Shown in pieces: positions 40,716 to 54,849 of a stretch of 64,000 nucleotides of DNA. The notes under the pieces are model-generated. The model was given only the letters and a program-made list of their open reading frames with translations. It did not search any database and was not told the DNA's origin. Source of the stretch: the human T2T-CHM13v2.0 reference genome, Homo sapiens; NCBI RefSeq assembly GCF_009914755.1, contig NC_060938.1. One strand, 5' to 3'. Positions within the stretch are counted from its first letter, which is position 1, and every line of letters begins with the position of its first letter. The translations under genes were made by a program, and so were the position numbers.

Positions 40716-43700
40716 CTATAAATGGTAGAATTTTTTAAACAAACCACAAAAACTTTTAATATAAAAAATATTTATGAATGCCATATAAATCAACAACTTC
40801 GTTTATCAACAGATGCCACAATTAAAGTGATCATTTATGTCACATATTAAGAGAATAAAATTAATAACCTAATACATGGAGAATTACAAATCACTGAGGA
40901 AAGACAATGTAATAAAAAAATAAAGGACAAAAGAATTGATAGCCATACTTTAGTAGAAGAAACAATAATGGTAAACAATCAAATAAAAGGATGCTATACC
41001 TCATTAGTAATCAGAGAAATATAAGTTAGGATGCAAAGCAGATAATATTACACTCACTAAATAGACAAAATGATAAGTATTGCTAGGTTACGGAGTAATG
41101 TGAATCCTAATATTGTACCAATAAATACATAAATTGGTTTAATAATTTTGGGAACTAGTTTAGCATTATTTGGTAAATTTGTTCATATCCATAGTCTAGT
41201 ACTCATGAATTCCACTTCTACATATGTGATCCGGAAATCACTTAACATGTACCAGTAGACATCTGCAAAAATATTCAAAGCCTTATTGTTAATAATAACA
41301 ACCCAAACTTCTATTGACTGGAAATGGATAAACTGTGGTATACTTAGCTAATAAAATATTATAAATAAGTTAAAGAAGAGATAGGGTTATAAGCAATAAT
41401 ATGGATAAGTCTTAGTAGCATAGTGATGAGAGAAAACAAGTTCTAGAACACTACATACAATATGATACCATTATTATAACACTTTGTCTAAAGTAAACAT
41501 ATTTAAACTATATATTCTGCAGCATAGCTCACATATGTGGGACTACAGAAGGTCTAGTGTATAGGACAGGGAAGGAGCACACGGATGATGCAATGGCATT
41601 AGTGATGTTGACATTTCAAGTTGGCTGATAAATAATTTTAGGTATATTTGAAAGTTTTATTATGCTATTATATACATTATCAAATATTACATAGTATAAA
41701 AGAAAATATAAACAAAACTCCAATACCTAAAAATATTTTTCCAGTATTCCAACTGTTGGAAAGTTAAGTAAATATTTATTTGTTAACATTTTCTAAAAGA
41801 TACCAAACATCAAGTTTTAAGAAACTTTATTGCATTATGGGATATATAAACTGTGTAATAAGATAAAAGTTGATATTTCTCTACTATTTAGACATTATTA
41901 AAGGAATTAGAAATGATTTATCGAGTCTTTTAAAGAAAAATATCCTAAGGAAGACATGATTTCATCACCAAAAAACTCATAACCTTATGCGTTGTGGAAT
42001 ACCTTAGGAAGATCACTGATTTTAAGATAGTTGTACATATACTTTAATAGAAAAATTAAGTAGTACTGGAAATCAAAGTTAAGAAGTAATTTGGGGATTT
42101 TCTTTAATAGCCCCTTACATTTTTGTAAAGGTAGAAGGATTGATTGCATAAAATATTTTTATCATTACTAGTTCCTGGCATCTGAAATGGCCACATTGTA
42201 AGATAAATTCCATAAAACTTTGGAAAAACAACAACATAACTTTAAAAGATATGTGCAAACGGTTAATGAAATAACAAAGTCAATTATTCATACATTACAC
42301 AGAATCAAAGTGCATTATCGTATGCAGCAGAGATTCACAGTATCTTAAGTTGCAGGAATGACTCCAGGACAAATCAATAATACTGTGGAAAAAATTTACA
42401 CAACAAAATCAGCACACAAATGCAAGTAAAATAAGGTATCTCTCAGCTATGCTCTGTGTAACTTATACTTTGTGACCCTGGGTCTCCTCTTTCAATATAA
42501 TCTTGAGGCTACAGAAAACCAATCTTTTATTTCTTTGTTATGAAAATCACCCCAAACTAAGCTTTTTTTTTTTTAACCAAACAGCAAAACCAGCTTTCTT
42601 TATTTTAATTCTGTCTTGGTACTACTTCCTTCCTTTATTTATAGACAGTGGGTTCTATAGCAACCTTTTCCCCAGCTTTTGAATGATTGAGCCTCTGGGT
42701 CAAAGAGTTGCCCCTCTTGCCAGATCCACTCCAATTAAGAATCATGGTTCTTTTTATGAGCAAGGCTTTTTGTTATATGAATAAAATGGAGACACTATAA
42801 CTTAACCAATAGATGATATTTTACCATACACGGACATTGAGATTGCGCTGGAGAGAGAACAGACCAGAGTAAGAGAATTTGAGAAAGGATGTCATGTTTT
42901 GCTACAGGACACAAAATTATATTTCATAAGGAGTTCTTCTTAGGGTTCAAGATATTTCAGAAGATGAATAAAATAAAGAGAAAACACAATAGAAAATCAA
43001 GCAAGCAATAGTTATGCAAGAAAAATGTAAGTTCCAATTCACAGCATAATAAAGCAAAGTGTTTACATTGTCAGTATTTGAAAAAAAAGAATTCAGTATG
43101 CTTTAATGCATATTATCTTACCTGTGGAAAAAAGTAAATGGAAGATTCTTTTCAGATATATTTTTGATAAAGCATCACAAAGGACAATCAGATTTTGAAG
43201 AAAGGAACATACTAAAAGGCAAATATTTAAGCATTCAGAGGCCTGCTCCAATTTTTGCAGGAAAAAGGAAATATAGATAGTAATGGAAATTTTATTTCCA
43301 AGAAGAGAAGCGTATAAGACAGAAAAAGCACAAGAGAAGATTGATTTGGTAGCGAGAAGGCAAAATGAACTATAGCATATGTAAAATTGAAAGCTCCTTC
43401 CTCCCAACATCTTGGATGAAGACCAGAAACAGCAACTTCACAACAGGTACCACCAGCCCTTTCTAACACTGGCTGTATGTGCTTCTGTAAAAATGGCTAT
43501 GTGTCAAACAGTGGAGAAATATAATCATTATTTTTAGAAATTTTTAGACATTTTCTATTTCCTAGCTGACTATCATAATTTATTTCCCACAGGGTTGTTC
43601 ATCATCCATAAAAATGGTGTAGGATTTGTGAAGCAATCTTGAGTTTCTATCCTATGGGACTTCTTAGTGTAGAACCAGAAGAAACCTACAGTGATTTCAG

Positions 43701-44273
43701 TGATTTTATTTTATTTTATTTATTTTCATTCAACCTGGAAAAGAAAACTATTTGTTGACAAATTGTATTGAAGACACTTAGCATAGGATCATAATTTCAA
43801 GGGCTTTATTTTTAATCTCTTGAAAGCTTAAAAATTTGGAGGTCGTTTGATAGATTAAATGCTATGCAATTAGTCTGCAGTGTTCAAACAGAGACAGCCA
43901 AATACTGCAAGGGAAATGGGGTGGAATGGGGGTTTACTAGAAGAATGCAGCTGAGAAGTAGGTCTGATTTTTGCTGCATTGTGCTGCAGACTCTGTCAGA
44001 AGTACATCTTCGTATTTTGCCTGAAGAAAGCACATAAATGGCTGTGAGACTGGAGATTAGAAACCAACCCCCATTGCTGCTAAAGTGTTAGTTTGGATTC
44101 ATATGCCAGGCAGATTATATTCGTGTAATCTTTGTGTGAAATGTTGAGCCTGAGAAAGCAAGTTGTTAGCAACGGATTTTTCTCTAGTCCCATTGAAGTA
44201 ATATTCACAGGGCCTTAAATAATTTGTATTTGCAAAATTAGACTACCTGAATGCAGTATCAGTTGACTGGTCC

Positions 44274-44577
<304 letters not shown>

Positions 44578-44655
44578 TATTTCTAACACAATTGCCAATC
44601 TGCTTTTACCAGTTGAAAATAGTAAAAAGTTAAACAAAACTGAATGCAAACATAA

Positions 44656-44800
44656 CTGAATGCAGTGCCACATGCCTGTTGTTCCAGCTACTCATGAGGA
44701 CAAGGTAGGAGGATCTCTTGTGCCCAGGAATTTGAGCCTAGCCTGGGCAACACAGCAAGACCCCCATCTCTAAAAAAATTAAAAGTTAAAATAAAAAAAT
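44656..44800 (+). mobile_element. Monomeric Alu (FLAM-like)
   Basis: CATGCCTGTTGTTCCAGCTACTC...AGCCTGGGCAACACAGCAAGACCCCCATCTCT plus an A tail; single monomer. Confidence 0.8.
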
Positions 44801-45131
44801 ACAAACAGAACAATGGAACAATGACAATAGAGCGAATTATCTGACTATTTTATATTTTCTTCATGCTATTTTTTCTCAGAAAACTAGGGATAATTCAGGA
44901 AGATTCTCCAAATTTCTGGGTGTTTAATCTATGTTGATCAAAGATGGTGGTACTTTGTGTTGTATTTATTAGAGTCTTATTCCACTATTCCCCCAGAGCT
45001 TTAAAACAAGAGAAAGAGAACAGATTAGGCAAACTTGGGGTTAAATTCTGGCTTTGTTTCTGTGTCTTCTCAGCGGGAGCACCTGGGCTAACTTTTTTCT
45101 CTACGCTCAATTTTCTTATTTGTAGTGTAGG

Positions 45132-45508
45132 TGTATTCATCTGTTCCCATACTGCTAATAAAGACATACCCAAGACTGGGTAATTTATGGAGGAAAGAGG
45201 TTTAATTGACTCACAGTGCAGCATGGATGGGGAGGCCTCAGGAAACTTACAATCACGACAGAAGGGGAAGCAAATCCGTTCTTCTTTCCTTTGCAGCAGG
45301 AAGCAGAAGAATGAGAACTGAAGGAAGGCGGAAGCCCCTTATAAAACCTTCTGATCTCATGAGAATTTACTCACTATCACGAGAATAGCATAGGGGAAAC
45401 CACCTCATGATTCAATTACCTCCCACCGGTCCTTCCCACAACACCTGGGGATTATGGGAACTACAATTCAAGATGAGATTAGGATAGGGACACAGCCAAA
45501 TCATATCA
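45132..45508 (-). mobile_element. THE1B-like solo LTR (MaLR)
   Basis: TGTATTCATCTGTTCCCATACTGCTAATAAAGACATACCCAAGACTGGG...GGGACACAGCCAAATCATATCA, with near-TSD GTAGG/GTAGT. Confidence 0.92.
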
Positions 45509-46300
45509 GTAGTATAGTAAATAATATAGCCTAGACATGTAGCCACTGTATTTGGTGTACAGTAAAAGCTGATGTATACAATGTTTTTTTGCTTAAAATT
45601 AGTGTGCTGTATTAAATTTTCTATTAGGGTAAATACAATAAACTTCCTGAGATCATAAATATTCTAAGCATTAAATGAGAAAAAAAAAGATAGGAAGCTA
45701 AGGACAGACTAAGATGTATTTGGTTGCTAATTGGGTGGTATATGTCTAAGAGTGATATTGTCTGGTTAATTTCGGTATCAATTGTATGGCTGTAATAGCT
45801 AATATTTATTGCATACTTAGTCTTTTAAATATATAATGTAGTATAAATTAAATCAACAAATCCTCAAAGGAACCTCAGGATGTAAGTACTATTAATATCT
45901 TGCTTTCACATAGGAAGAAATGGAAGCACCAAAATGTTAAGTAACCTGCCCTCAATCTGGCAGCTACTGAGTTCATGCTTGAATTACAGCCCCAGTAGGC
46001 TGGCACCAGTCTGGTAGCCACCAAGCCCTATGGCCTTTCCATGTATTTTTCCCAGTACAGATTAGATGCATATCGATGATGTACATATTGAATAATCACA
46101 CTTTGGGTGAGTTCAAATTAGGGTAAAGATTAGGGTTACATCTAAAATTAAGTCTTTTCCATATATTGCTATGCTTCAGTTTCTGATGTGGTATCAGCTA
46201 ATGTTTAATAGTCACCTTTATCAGTTTTTAAAAACTGATACTAATATTGAGCCAAAAAGATGAGAATATATTTTTTTCTGATATTTAAGAGTTCACAATT

Positions 46301-46596
46301 GGCCAGGCAGTGTGGCTCACACCTGTAATCCCAGCACTTTGGGAGGCTGAGGCGGGCAGATTGCCTGAGCTCAGGAGTTCAAGACCAGCCTAGGCAACAT
46401 GGTGAAACCCCATCTCTACTAAAATGCAAAAACAGCCAGGTGTGGCAGCACATGCCTATAATCTCAGTTACTCAGGAAGCTGAGGCAGGAGAATTGCTTG
46501 AACCCAGGAGGCAGAGGATGCAGTGAGCCGAGATTGTGCTGCTGCACTACAGCCTGGGCAACAGAGCGAGACTCTGTCTCCAAAAAAAAAAAAAAA
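46301..46596 (+). mobile_element. AluS-family SINE
   Basis: Sense Alu with perfect TSD AAGAGTTCACAAT on both sides. Confidence 0.97.
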
Positions 46597-47777
46597 AAGA
46601 GTTCACAATCCACTCACTTCCTTTGAAGTCCTTGGGGGATGAATAATGCCCCCCTGAGCTTAAGTGAAAGTCATCCTACTTTTGCATGAGTGGCATCAGG
46701 TAATATTTAGTCTGATTAACCAGTTACTGAAAGGCTGACGGATAGGAAGAAGGAAAGGGTAGGAAGGGACTGTATCCATTTTCAAGAAAGGAAGATGAGA
46801 AGAGGGAAGATTAAGAAAGGATACTGGGAGTAGGGCATCCATAGGCAAAAATCCTGGAGGACTTGGGCAACGTGATATTTTGGGACATGGTCAGTGTCCA
46901 GCAGTGTTTTATGCCAGGACTATACTGTATGGACTAGGTACAAGATACATAGTATGCACCCAAAGTCCAATGGGACACCACTCCCCAACATGCTAGTAGA
47001 AGGAGACCACTGTTTGAGGGAACTTGAGATCAGTTCTCTCTCATTACTTGAGAATATTAACTTTTCCAAGGGAAGAAATTTCTTTCTCTTTTCTCTTCTT
47101 GCTTTTTAAAAAAGAAGCAGCACACTTTCTTGAAAGTTTGTATTGAAAAAATCACTTAATACCACCCTCCATGCCCTACCTCATTCTACCCCCTGCCTGA
47201 ACAATCAGAATGAGCTCCCCAAAGTGGGGGCATAAAACAGCTTTTAGTAAAGCCACCTTCTGAGGGGACACTGAAAGAGGAAATCAACAAACCTTTTGAA
47301 TGGTCTTTATGTCAACATTCATAAAATAAAACTAACTAAAATTAACTAAGTAAAATGTGATAGTCTTTTAAAATTAAAATTCTAACTAAAATATGATGGT
47401 CTTTCCTATGTCTTAGCACCATCGTTAAACATGGGAGTTTGGCCTTAGCAAATGCTCAAGTTGAGAGATAAGTGGTAAAACATCAGTGGTCTCAGTATCT
47501 AATGATACAAAACCAATACTAAATAATTAATGCTACTTTAGTAGGACTATGTTCTGGCTACTGGGACAGAGCTGTTTAATGGTCTAGGGAGACCAGAAGC
47601 TATGTTTTAGATAACAGAAACACAGGTAGTACCTTATTTGTATGTCATATTTTCCATTTCAGACTTTTTTTGTTATTCATTGTTGGGTTATAGTATGATC
47701 CTAAGATTTTAATCAGTGTTACATGTCTCTGAATAATTTGGTTTACAGTGTGTGCAAATGAAACAAAATTAAAGACC

Positions 47778-49074
47778 TGATATGGTTTGTCTGTGACCCC
47801 ACCCGAATCTCATCTTGAATTGTAGCTCCCATAATCCCCATCTGTCATGGGAGGTAATCAGATCATAGGGGTGTGTTTTTCCCTTGCTGTTCCTGTGATA
47901 GTGAATAAGTCTCATGAGATCTGATGGTTTATAAAGGGCAATTCCCCTGCACTTACTCTCTTGTCTGTAAGATGTGTTTTTGCTCCTCCTTCACCTTCCA
48001 CCATAATTGTGATGCCTCCTCAGCCATACAAAACTGTGAATCCATTAAACCTCTTTTTCTTTATAAATTACTCAGTCTCTGGTATTTCTTCATAGCAGTA
48101 TGAAAATGGCCTAACACACTAAATTGGTATGGAAAGTGGAAAGTATCCAAAAACGTGGAAGAGACTTGGAACTGGGTAACGGGCAGAGGTTGGAACAGTT
48201 TGGAAGGCTCAGAAGAAGACAGGAAGATGTGGGAAAGTTTAGAGTTTCCCAGAGACTTGTTGAATGGTTTTGACCAAAAAGTCCAGGAGAGGCAGTCTCA
48301 GATGGAGATGAGGAACTTACTGGAAACTGGAGCAAAGGTGATTCTTGCTATGCTTTAGCAAAGAGACTGGCAGCATTTTGCCCCTGCCTTAGAGATGTGT
48401 GGAACTTCGAAGTTTAGAGAGATGATTCAAGGTATCTGGCAGAAGAAATTTCTAAGCAGTAAAGCATTCAAGAGGAGACTTTGGTGCTCTTAAAGGCATT
48501 CAGTTTTATTCATTCACAAAGATATGGATTGGAATTGGAACTTATGTTTAAAAGGGAAGAGAGCATAAAAGTTCAGAAAATTTGCAGCCTGACAATGCAA
48601 TAGAAAAGAAAAACCCATTTTCTGAGAAGAAATTCAAGCTGGCTGCAGAAATTTGCATAAGTAAGGAGCAGCCAAATGTTAGCGCCAAGACAATGGGGAA
48701 AATGTCTCCAGGGCATGTCAGAGGTCTTCACGGAAGCCCCTCCCATCACAGGCCAGGAGGCCTAGGAGTGAAAAATGGCTTCATGGGCCAGTCCTGGGGC
48801 CTTGCTGCTTTGTGCAGTTTCTGGACTTGGTGCCCTATGTCCTAGCCATGGCTGAAAGAAGTCAACATACAGCTCAGGCTGTTGTTTTAGAGGGTGCAAG
48901 CCCCAAGCCTTGGTGGCTTCCACATGGTGTTGAGCCTGTGGGTGTACAGAAGTCAAGAATTGAGGTGTGAGAACTTCCACCTAGATTTCAGAGGATGTAT
49001 GGAAATGCCTTTTTCTTTATAAATTACCCAGTCTCAGGTATTTCTTCATAGCAGTATGAAAATGGATGAATACA
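47778..49074 (+). mobile_element. THE1D/MSTA-like MaLR provirus, internally deleted (5' LTR, partial internal region, last ~65 bp of 3' LTR)
   Basis: The 5' LTR spans 47778-48118 (TGATATGGTTTG...GGCCTAACACA). The internal region (AAATTGGTA...GCAGCCTGACAATGCAATAGAAAAGAAAAACCC...GGAAATGCCT) joins directly to the LTR end TTTTCTTTATAAATTACCCAGTCTCAGG...GAATACA. Near-TSD AGACC/AGACA. Confidence 0.9.
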
Positions 49075-49212
49075 AGACACTAACACAAACCAATAGAATA
49101 TTCTGACCTTAGACAACTGGCTTTTTAATAGCATAATAATAATACTTAAAAAGCAGGAAGGCCAGTTGGTTGTAGTTAGTCTTGTTTATTCTGAGTTCTG
49201 TTTACAGGATAC

Positions 49213-49354
49213 AAAATGCAAGAAGAATTGGACAATTATCCATCTGATTTGATCAGTGTAGACAGCCAAACCAGTTAATTCAACAGGGAAATAGAGCCCT
49301 GACTAGCTACACTGATCAAATCAAGAGAGTAACTGCCAGATCTCCCTTCATTTT
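49213..49354. repeat. Imperfect inverted repeat (hairpin) with perfect 17-bp core arms
   Basis: TGATTTGATCAGTGTAG (49245-49261) is the exact reverse complement of CTACACTGATCAAATCA (49307-49323). Similarity extends ~30 bp outward on each side. Confidence 0.85.
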
Positions 49355-51780
49355 ATGCCGAGTAGATGCTGCCTTGGGGAATGGCTTAGATTCAAAGACT
49401 CTGACTGTTTGAAGTCCCCCTAAAGTCTGTTAATTGGGACTCTTTGGACAGTTAAAATTGTACAGCTTGGGTTGGTTGGCTAACCAGTTCTCAGACACAA
49501 AAAATTCAGCTACCTTAAAATGGCAAAAAAAAAAAAGAGACATTTATAAAATAATTATTATAATAGACTGATTTTGCTGTGAAAAAGGAAATAAAACAAA
49601 CTTGCATTTGGAATAGTTAGTAATTCTTTCATTTGGTAAGGTAGGTGGGAAATGTAAAGATTAATTTTTCAGTTCAGAGTAGTGTTTCATGTCTGAGTCC
49701 TATAAGCACAGGGTCACATGATAATTCCTTTAGTCAGCACCAAGGTTTATTAATATTAGCAGTTAACAGAAGACTAAACAACAATTTTGGGAGCACATTC
49801 TAATTTTATCCCTAAAAATTAACATGGTAACATTTTTCAGGAACATGTCAAATTATTTTTCAAAGAAACTGTCTTCTTCATAAAATAATGAGAAGATAGA
49901 GTGAGCAGACAGTGCAGGGTAGACGTCAACAAAGTTAAAGAAAGATATCCATGGTGAATGAAACTAACAGACTTCAATGCAGGTAGTCGAAGGGCCATAT
50001 GTCTGAGTTTATTACCAAGAATAGTCCATTCTAGTACAAAACACAGATTCCAGTCAAGATTGATTAGACTCTTCTTTGCATATTTGGATGTTTACACAAA
50101 ACACACACACACAAACACACACACACACACACGTACTCTGTCGCACTCAATTTTATGCCCTCATTTCCCTCAATATTAATACCACCAAAACAAACACATA
50201 TAGTAGTTTTTTAATTAAACTCTGTAAATCTTCATGCCTGCTAGATTATTGGGACAGAGGAATGGGTAACTTTGATATAATCTTTCTGGGATGATTTCCA
50301 ATGGAGATGGTATTTCTCTGTACCTGAATAGTAAATTAGTCCCTATTACATCTCAGAAGGCTTGATCAGAACTGAATCCTCTCCCAAAAAATAGCAAAAT
50401 CAAGCAACGATGTTTATTCATTTGCAGTGTAGTTGATTATCTCCTAAAGACTATGGGACTAATTCAACTTCATCTAGAATCTGAACATATTTAAGTTATT
50501 TCCAGAGATTCTCAGTGTCAAAGGGAGTAGAAGGAGAAGCAAGAAGAACTGAGAAGAAAAATGAAAGGAAGAGAAGGAATAAAGGAGGGAGGAAAGGAGG
50601 GAGGTAGTCAGGAAAAAATAGACGAAGTAAGAAAAAAAATGTTAGAGAAGGGTAACTTCTCAGAAAGGAATAAATTAACCATTCATTTCACCAAATTTTT
50701 GTTGAGCACCTATTAAAATTCAGCATTGTTTTAAGCATACAAAGCATATAAAGGATAAAATAAAGCATAATTTATACCTGCCTATATAGTATTTAATAGC
50801 TAAACATTTTCATTTCTTTAATACAACAACCCACTGAAATGATTATTATTACCATTGCCATTTCATAGATAAGAAATTTACAGCTCAGGGAAATTAAGTT
50901 ACTTGAACAAAATTCCTCAACAAACTTGCTTACAAAGTTGGTAAGAAATGCATCCTGACTTCAAGGAACCCTCACAAAGAATTAACTAGCAATGAAACTA
51001 GTAACACTATGGCATTTGGAAACCTGACACTATGAATTAGTCCACTATAAGTGTGGACTTAACAGCAATAAGATTTCAGAAGCAGAAAAGATCAATAAAT
51101 ATTTTATGCCAAAGCCAGGGCTTGAGCACAAGCAATAGAAATGGCTGGGAATAGGATAAGCAGATAAATGGTAGAGACCATTTTGGTTAAGGGAAATACT
51201 GTGAGCAGAAGTGCTGACTAGTTCCAAATTTATAACACTGGAGGAATGATTTGCTAAAGTTTTCCGGGAGTAAACGGTAAAAGGAATAATGGGTGAAAGA
51301 GATTGTGCTTCAATATCTAGGTGATGGATAGGCATTAAAAGTTTTGAGCAGGGAATGGACATGAAGAAAATTGAGTTTGGGGGAAGGTCAATTTGGCAAC
51401 AGTCTGCAATATGTATTCAAAAAAAAGAAAGAGATTAGAGGCAGAAGAATTTGTTAGGAGACTATCAGGATATGTTTCCCTAAAATAATCGAGATTGCCC
51501 TGAGGATATTTCCCTAAAATAATGGAGTTTTCCCTGTAGGCTTCCTCAAGCAGGGATGGAGGGTCAGGAAGGATAATTCAAACTGGGTAACAGCAGAAAA
51601 ATTATAAAACTAGGAGTTTATTTTATGAGAATATTCTACCTATTATGTAAGAGTTTATATAAGAAATATCACATTTATAAAGGCCCTGAGAATTCATGGG
51701 TATTATGAGGGGAATCAGTGCTCATTGTTAAAATGTGTGGAAGAACTGGTGGATGAGGAAAGAATAAAAAAACTAAAGCA

Positions 51781-52080
51781 AGCCAGCAGTCCCAGCTACT
51801 CTAAGGTAAAAATGGGAGGATCGCCTGTGCACAGGAGTGTGGGGATAGAGTACACCATGATCACGCCTGTGAATAGCCACTGTGCTCCAGACTGGGCAAG
51901 ATAGGGTGATCCTGGAAAAAAATAAAAAAGGAAAAAAGAAAAAAGGAAGGAAGGGAGGGAGGGATGGAGGGAGGGAAGGAGGAAGAGAAGGAAGGAAAGA
52001 AGGAAGGAAGAAAGGAAGGAAGGTAGGAAGGAAGGAAGGAAGGAAGGAAGGTAGGAAGGAAGGAAGGAAGGAAGGGAAAA
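51781..52080 (+). repeat. Degenerate Alu monomer (FAM/FRAM-like) with expanded (GGAA)n tail
   Basis: CAGTCCCAGCTACTC...GCCTGTGAATAGCCACTGTGCTCCAGACTGGGCAAGATAG, then an A-rich and (GGAA/GGAG)n tract at ~51930-52078. Confidence 0.8.
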
Positions 52081-52404
52081 CTAACTAAAACTACAACAAA
52101 ACAAAGAAAATCCCACATTTAACAGTGTAGCTAGTGACTGAGAGGCATGAGAAGAGTCTGAATGTAAAAAACCCCACAGAATGGGGAATCCTTTCACCAG
52201 AAGACTAACAGAAGGAAATAAAGGAGCATGACAGGAAGACCACAGGGAATGTGACCTGACAGACAAAACTACTGGATGATGGAGTAGGCTCTCAAGGGAA
52301 GCTGAGGACATTTCATCAGCCGGGATATTTAAGGTGAGCCTGAACAAAGCTCCAAACGGCTGCTGTGAGAGCAGCTATGCATCCGCATGAAAAGACAGGA
52401 TGGT

Positions 52405-52460
52405 TGCACATTCTGCACATGTATCCCAGAACTTTAAGTAAAATTAAAAAAACAAAAGAC
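52405..52460 (+). mobile_element. Ultra-short L1PA 3'-end insertion with 13-bp TSD
   Basis: TGCACATTCTGCACATGTATCCCAGAACTTTAAGTAAAATTAAAAAAAC matches the L1PA 3' terminus and A tail. It is flanked by AAGACAGGATGGT at 52392-52404 and 52461-52473. Confidence 0.88.
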
Positions 52461-52720
52461 AAGACAGGATGGTCATGTGGATCATTCCACCTCTAATATA
52501 TTTGACTCCTCGTTGATTTAAATCGAACATGAAAATAACATTTCTCATGCTGACAGAACTTTTCATGTCTCCCAAACAATTAGAGTACTCTCAGACACAT
52601 ATAACCCTTTTCTCAATCCTCATAAATGCTGTTTACATGTTTAACACCTTCTCAAAGCCTTGAGCATCCCCCTATCCTTTACTGTTGACCTGGCCACCTA
52701 TTCCTATATTCAGAAAAATT

Positions 52721-52721
52721 C

Positions 52722-52784
<63 letters not shown>

Positions 52785-52892
52785 TCCCCCTTCCTTCCTT
52801 CCTTTCTTCTTTCTTTCTGTATTTCTTTCTTTCTTTCTTTCTTCTTTCTTTCTTTCCTCTCTCTCTCTCTCCTCACTTCCCCTCCCCTTTCT

Positions 52893-52925
<33 letters not shown>
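52721..52925. repeat. (TTTC)n / pyrimidine-rich tract followed by (CA)n
   Basis: About 15 TTTC units, a degenerate CT-rich extension and (CA)n at ~52896-52924. Confidence 0.96.
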
Positions 52926-52930
<5 letters not shown>

Positions 52931-53262
52931 TTCCTTACTTACTTCCTTCTAGTGACACACACTATTGGTTACTTACCCAGTCATCAATCATTTTCATGCT
53001 TATAGAATCCAAATCTTTTCAGGGGCTGGGTAGTCTGAGCCCAACACAGAGAGGACTCATGCTGCAGCCTCAGTAAGTAACTCATGGTTGATAAATGCTG
53101 GGGTCATTCAAATTATTGATCCCGTGATAGGTTTAATAGTGGACACGGGTCACAATTCTGGCCAAAGATCATTAACTGAAGTCTGTTAGGAAGTTTCTGG
53201 AAATGTTTCCTTCACTCTTCAAAAGGGCACGGTTCTAACACAAATTAAGCTATATGTAATAG

Positions 53263-53907
<645 letters not shown>

Positions 53908-54849
53908 TGAGTCCTGGATCCATACTTCTTTCTAGTTACCAGACATTTTAATGCAGATTTCATGAAAGTAACCCAGTTAATCTTTAAAATAAATCCAAAT
54001 TAGGTCTTCCTATTGACATTTCCAGGTTAATTTTACAACACGAATAAACTGGAAACTCTGGACTTATTTTAGACTTCTCCTTGTCTCTCAAATCCATGCT
54101 TCTAATCAGCCAACAAATTTTATAAATTCTGGCTAAAATGTTTACTGAATCTCTCTTTACGTTTTATTAATATTAATGCTGCTTCTCCTTTGGGTGAGAT
54201 GTTTATTTTCAACATGTAAAAGTGTGCCCTAAAGTAACAGGTTCAGACTCTTCAAGGTGCTGATGATGTTGCTGAGACACAATCCTATTGGAAGTTGAAC
54301 AGAATCATATAACACTGATGTTATCAGGGTCTTGTTAATCTCATTCATGGTATAATCTTGAATAATTACCTTTTGCCTCAAGAGTCAGAAGTCTTCAGTA
54401 TGGTAAATAGGAATTTTTACTTTGATAGCCATTTTATCCACACAGTGCTCTGAGATGATCATAGTCACATTTTCACTACTGCATTCTACAATTAATCAAG
54501 ATCAGGAGGCATATGTTAACCAACAGCTGTTTTCTGTGAATAAAGTAATAAAGCACTTTTATTCATACAGCAAAATCCTCCCTTCCTGCTGGTGTACCTT
54601 TTCTACATCACAAGCCCCAAAATAACCCTTAATGACATAAGAATGTATTATCTTGTATAAACAAAAGAAAAAGTCATTAAGCGCATCTTCCTCTTATATG
54701 TTATACACATATGCCAAGAAATAATTCCAACTCTGAGTATCAGTGGTATCATCCAACGATACATTCACGGTCCTGGAAGACTAGCCTACTTTATATAGAA
54801 TGTTCAAGTGACATATAAATCAATCTCACACAATGAGAAGGAGAAAATA

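Noticed and set aside
52660-53076. Low-complexity ORFs (SFFL / RKKE / GRKE repeats)
   Set aside because: Stop-free microsatellite translations.
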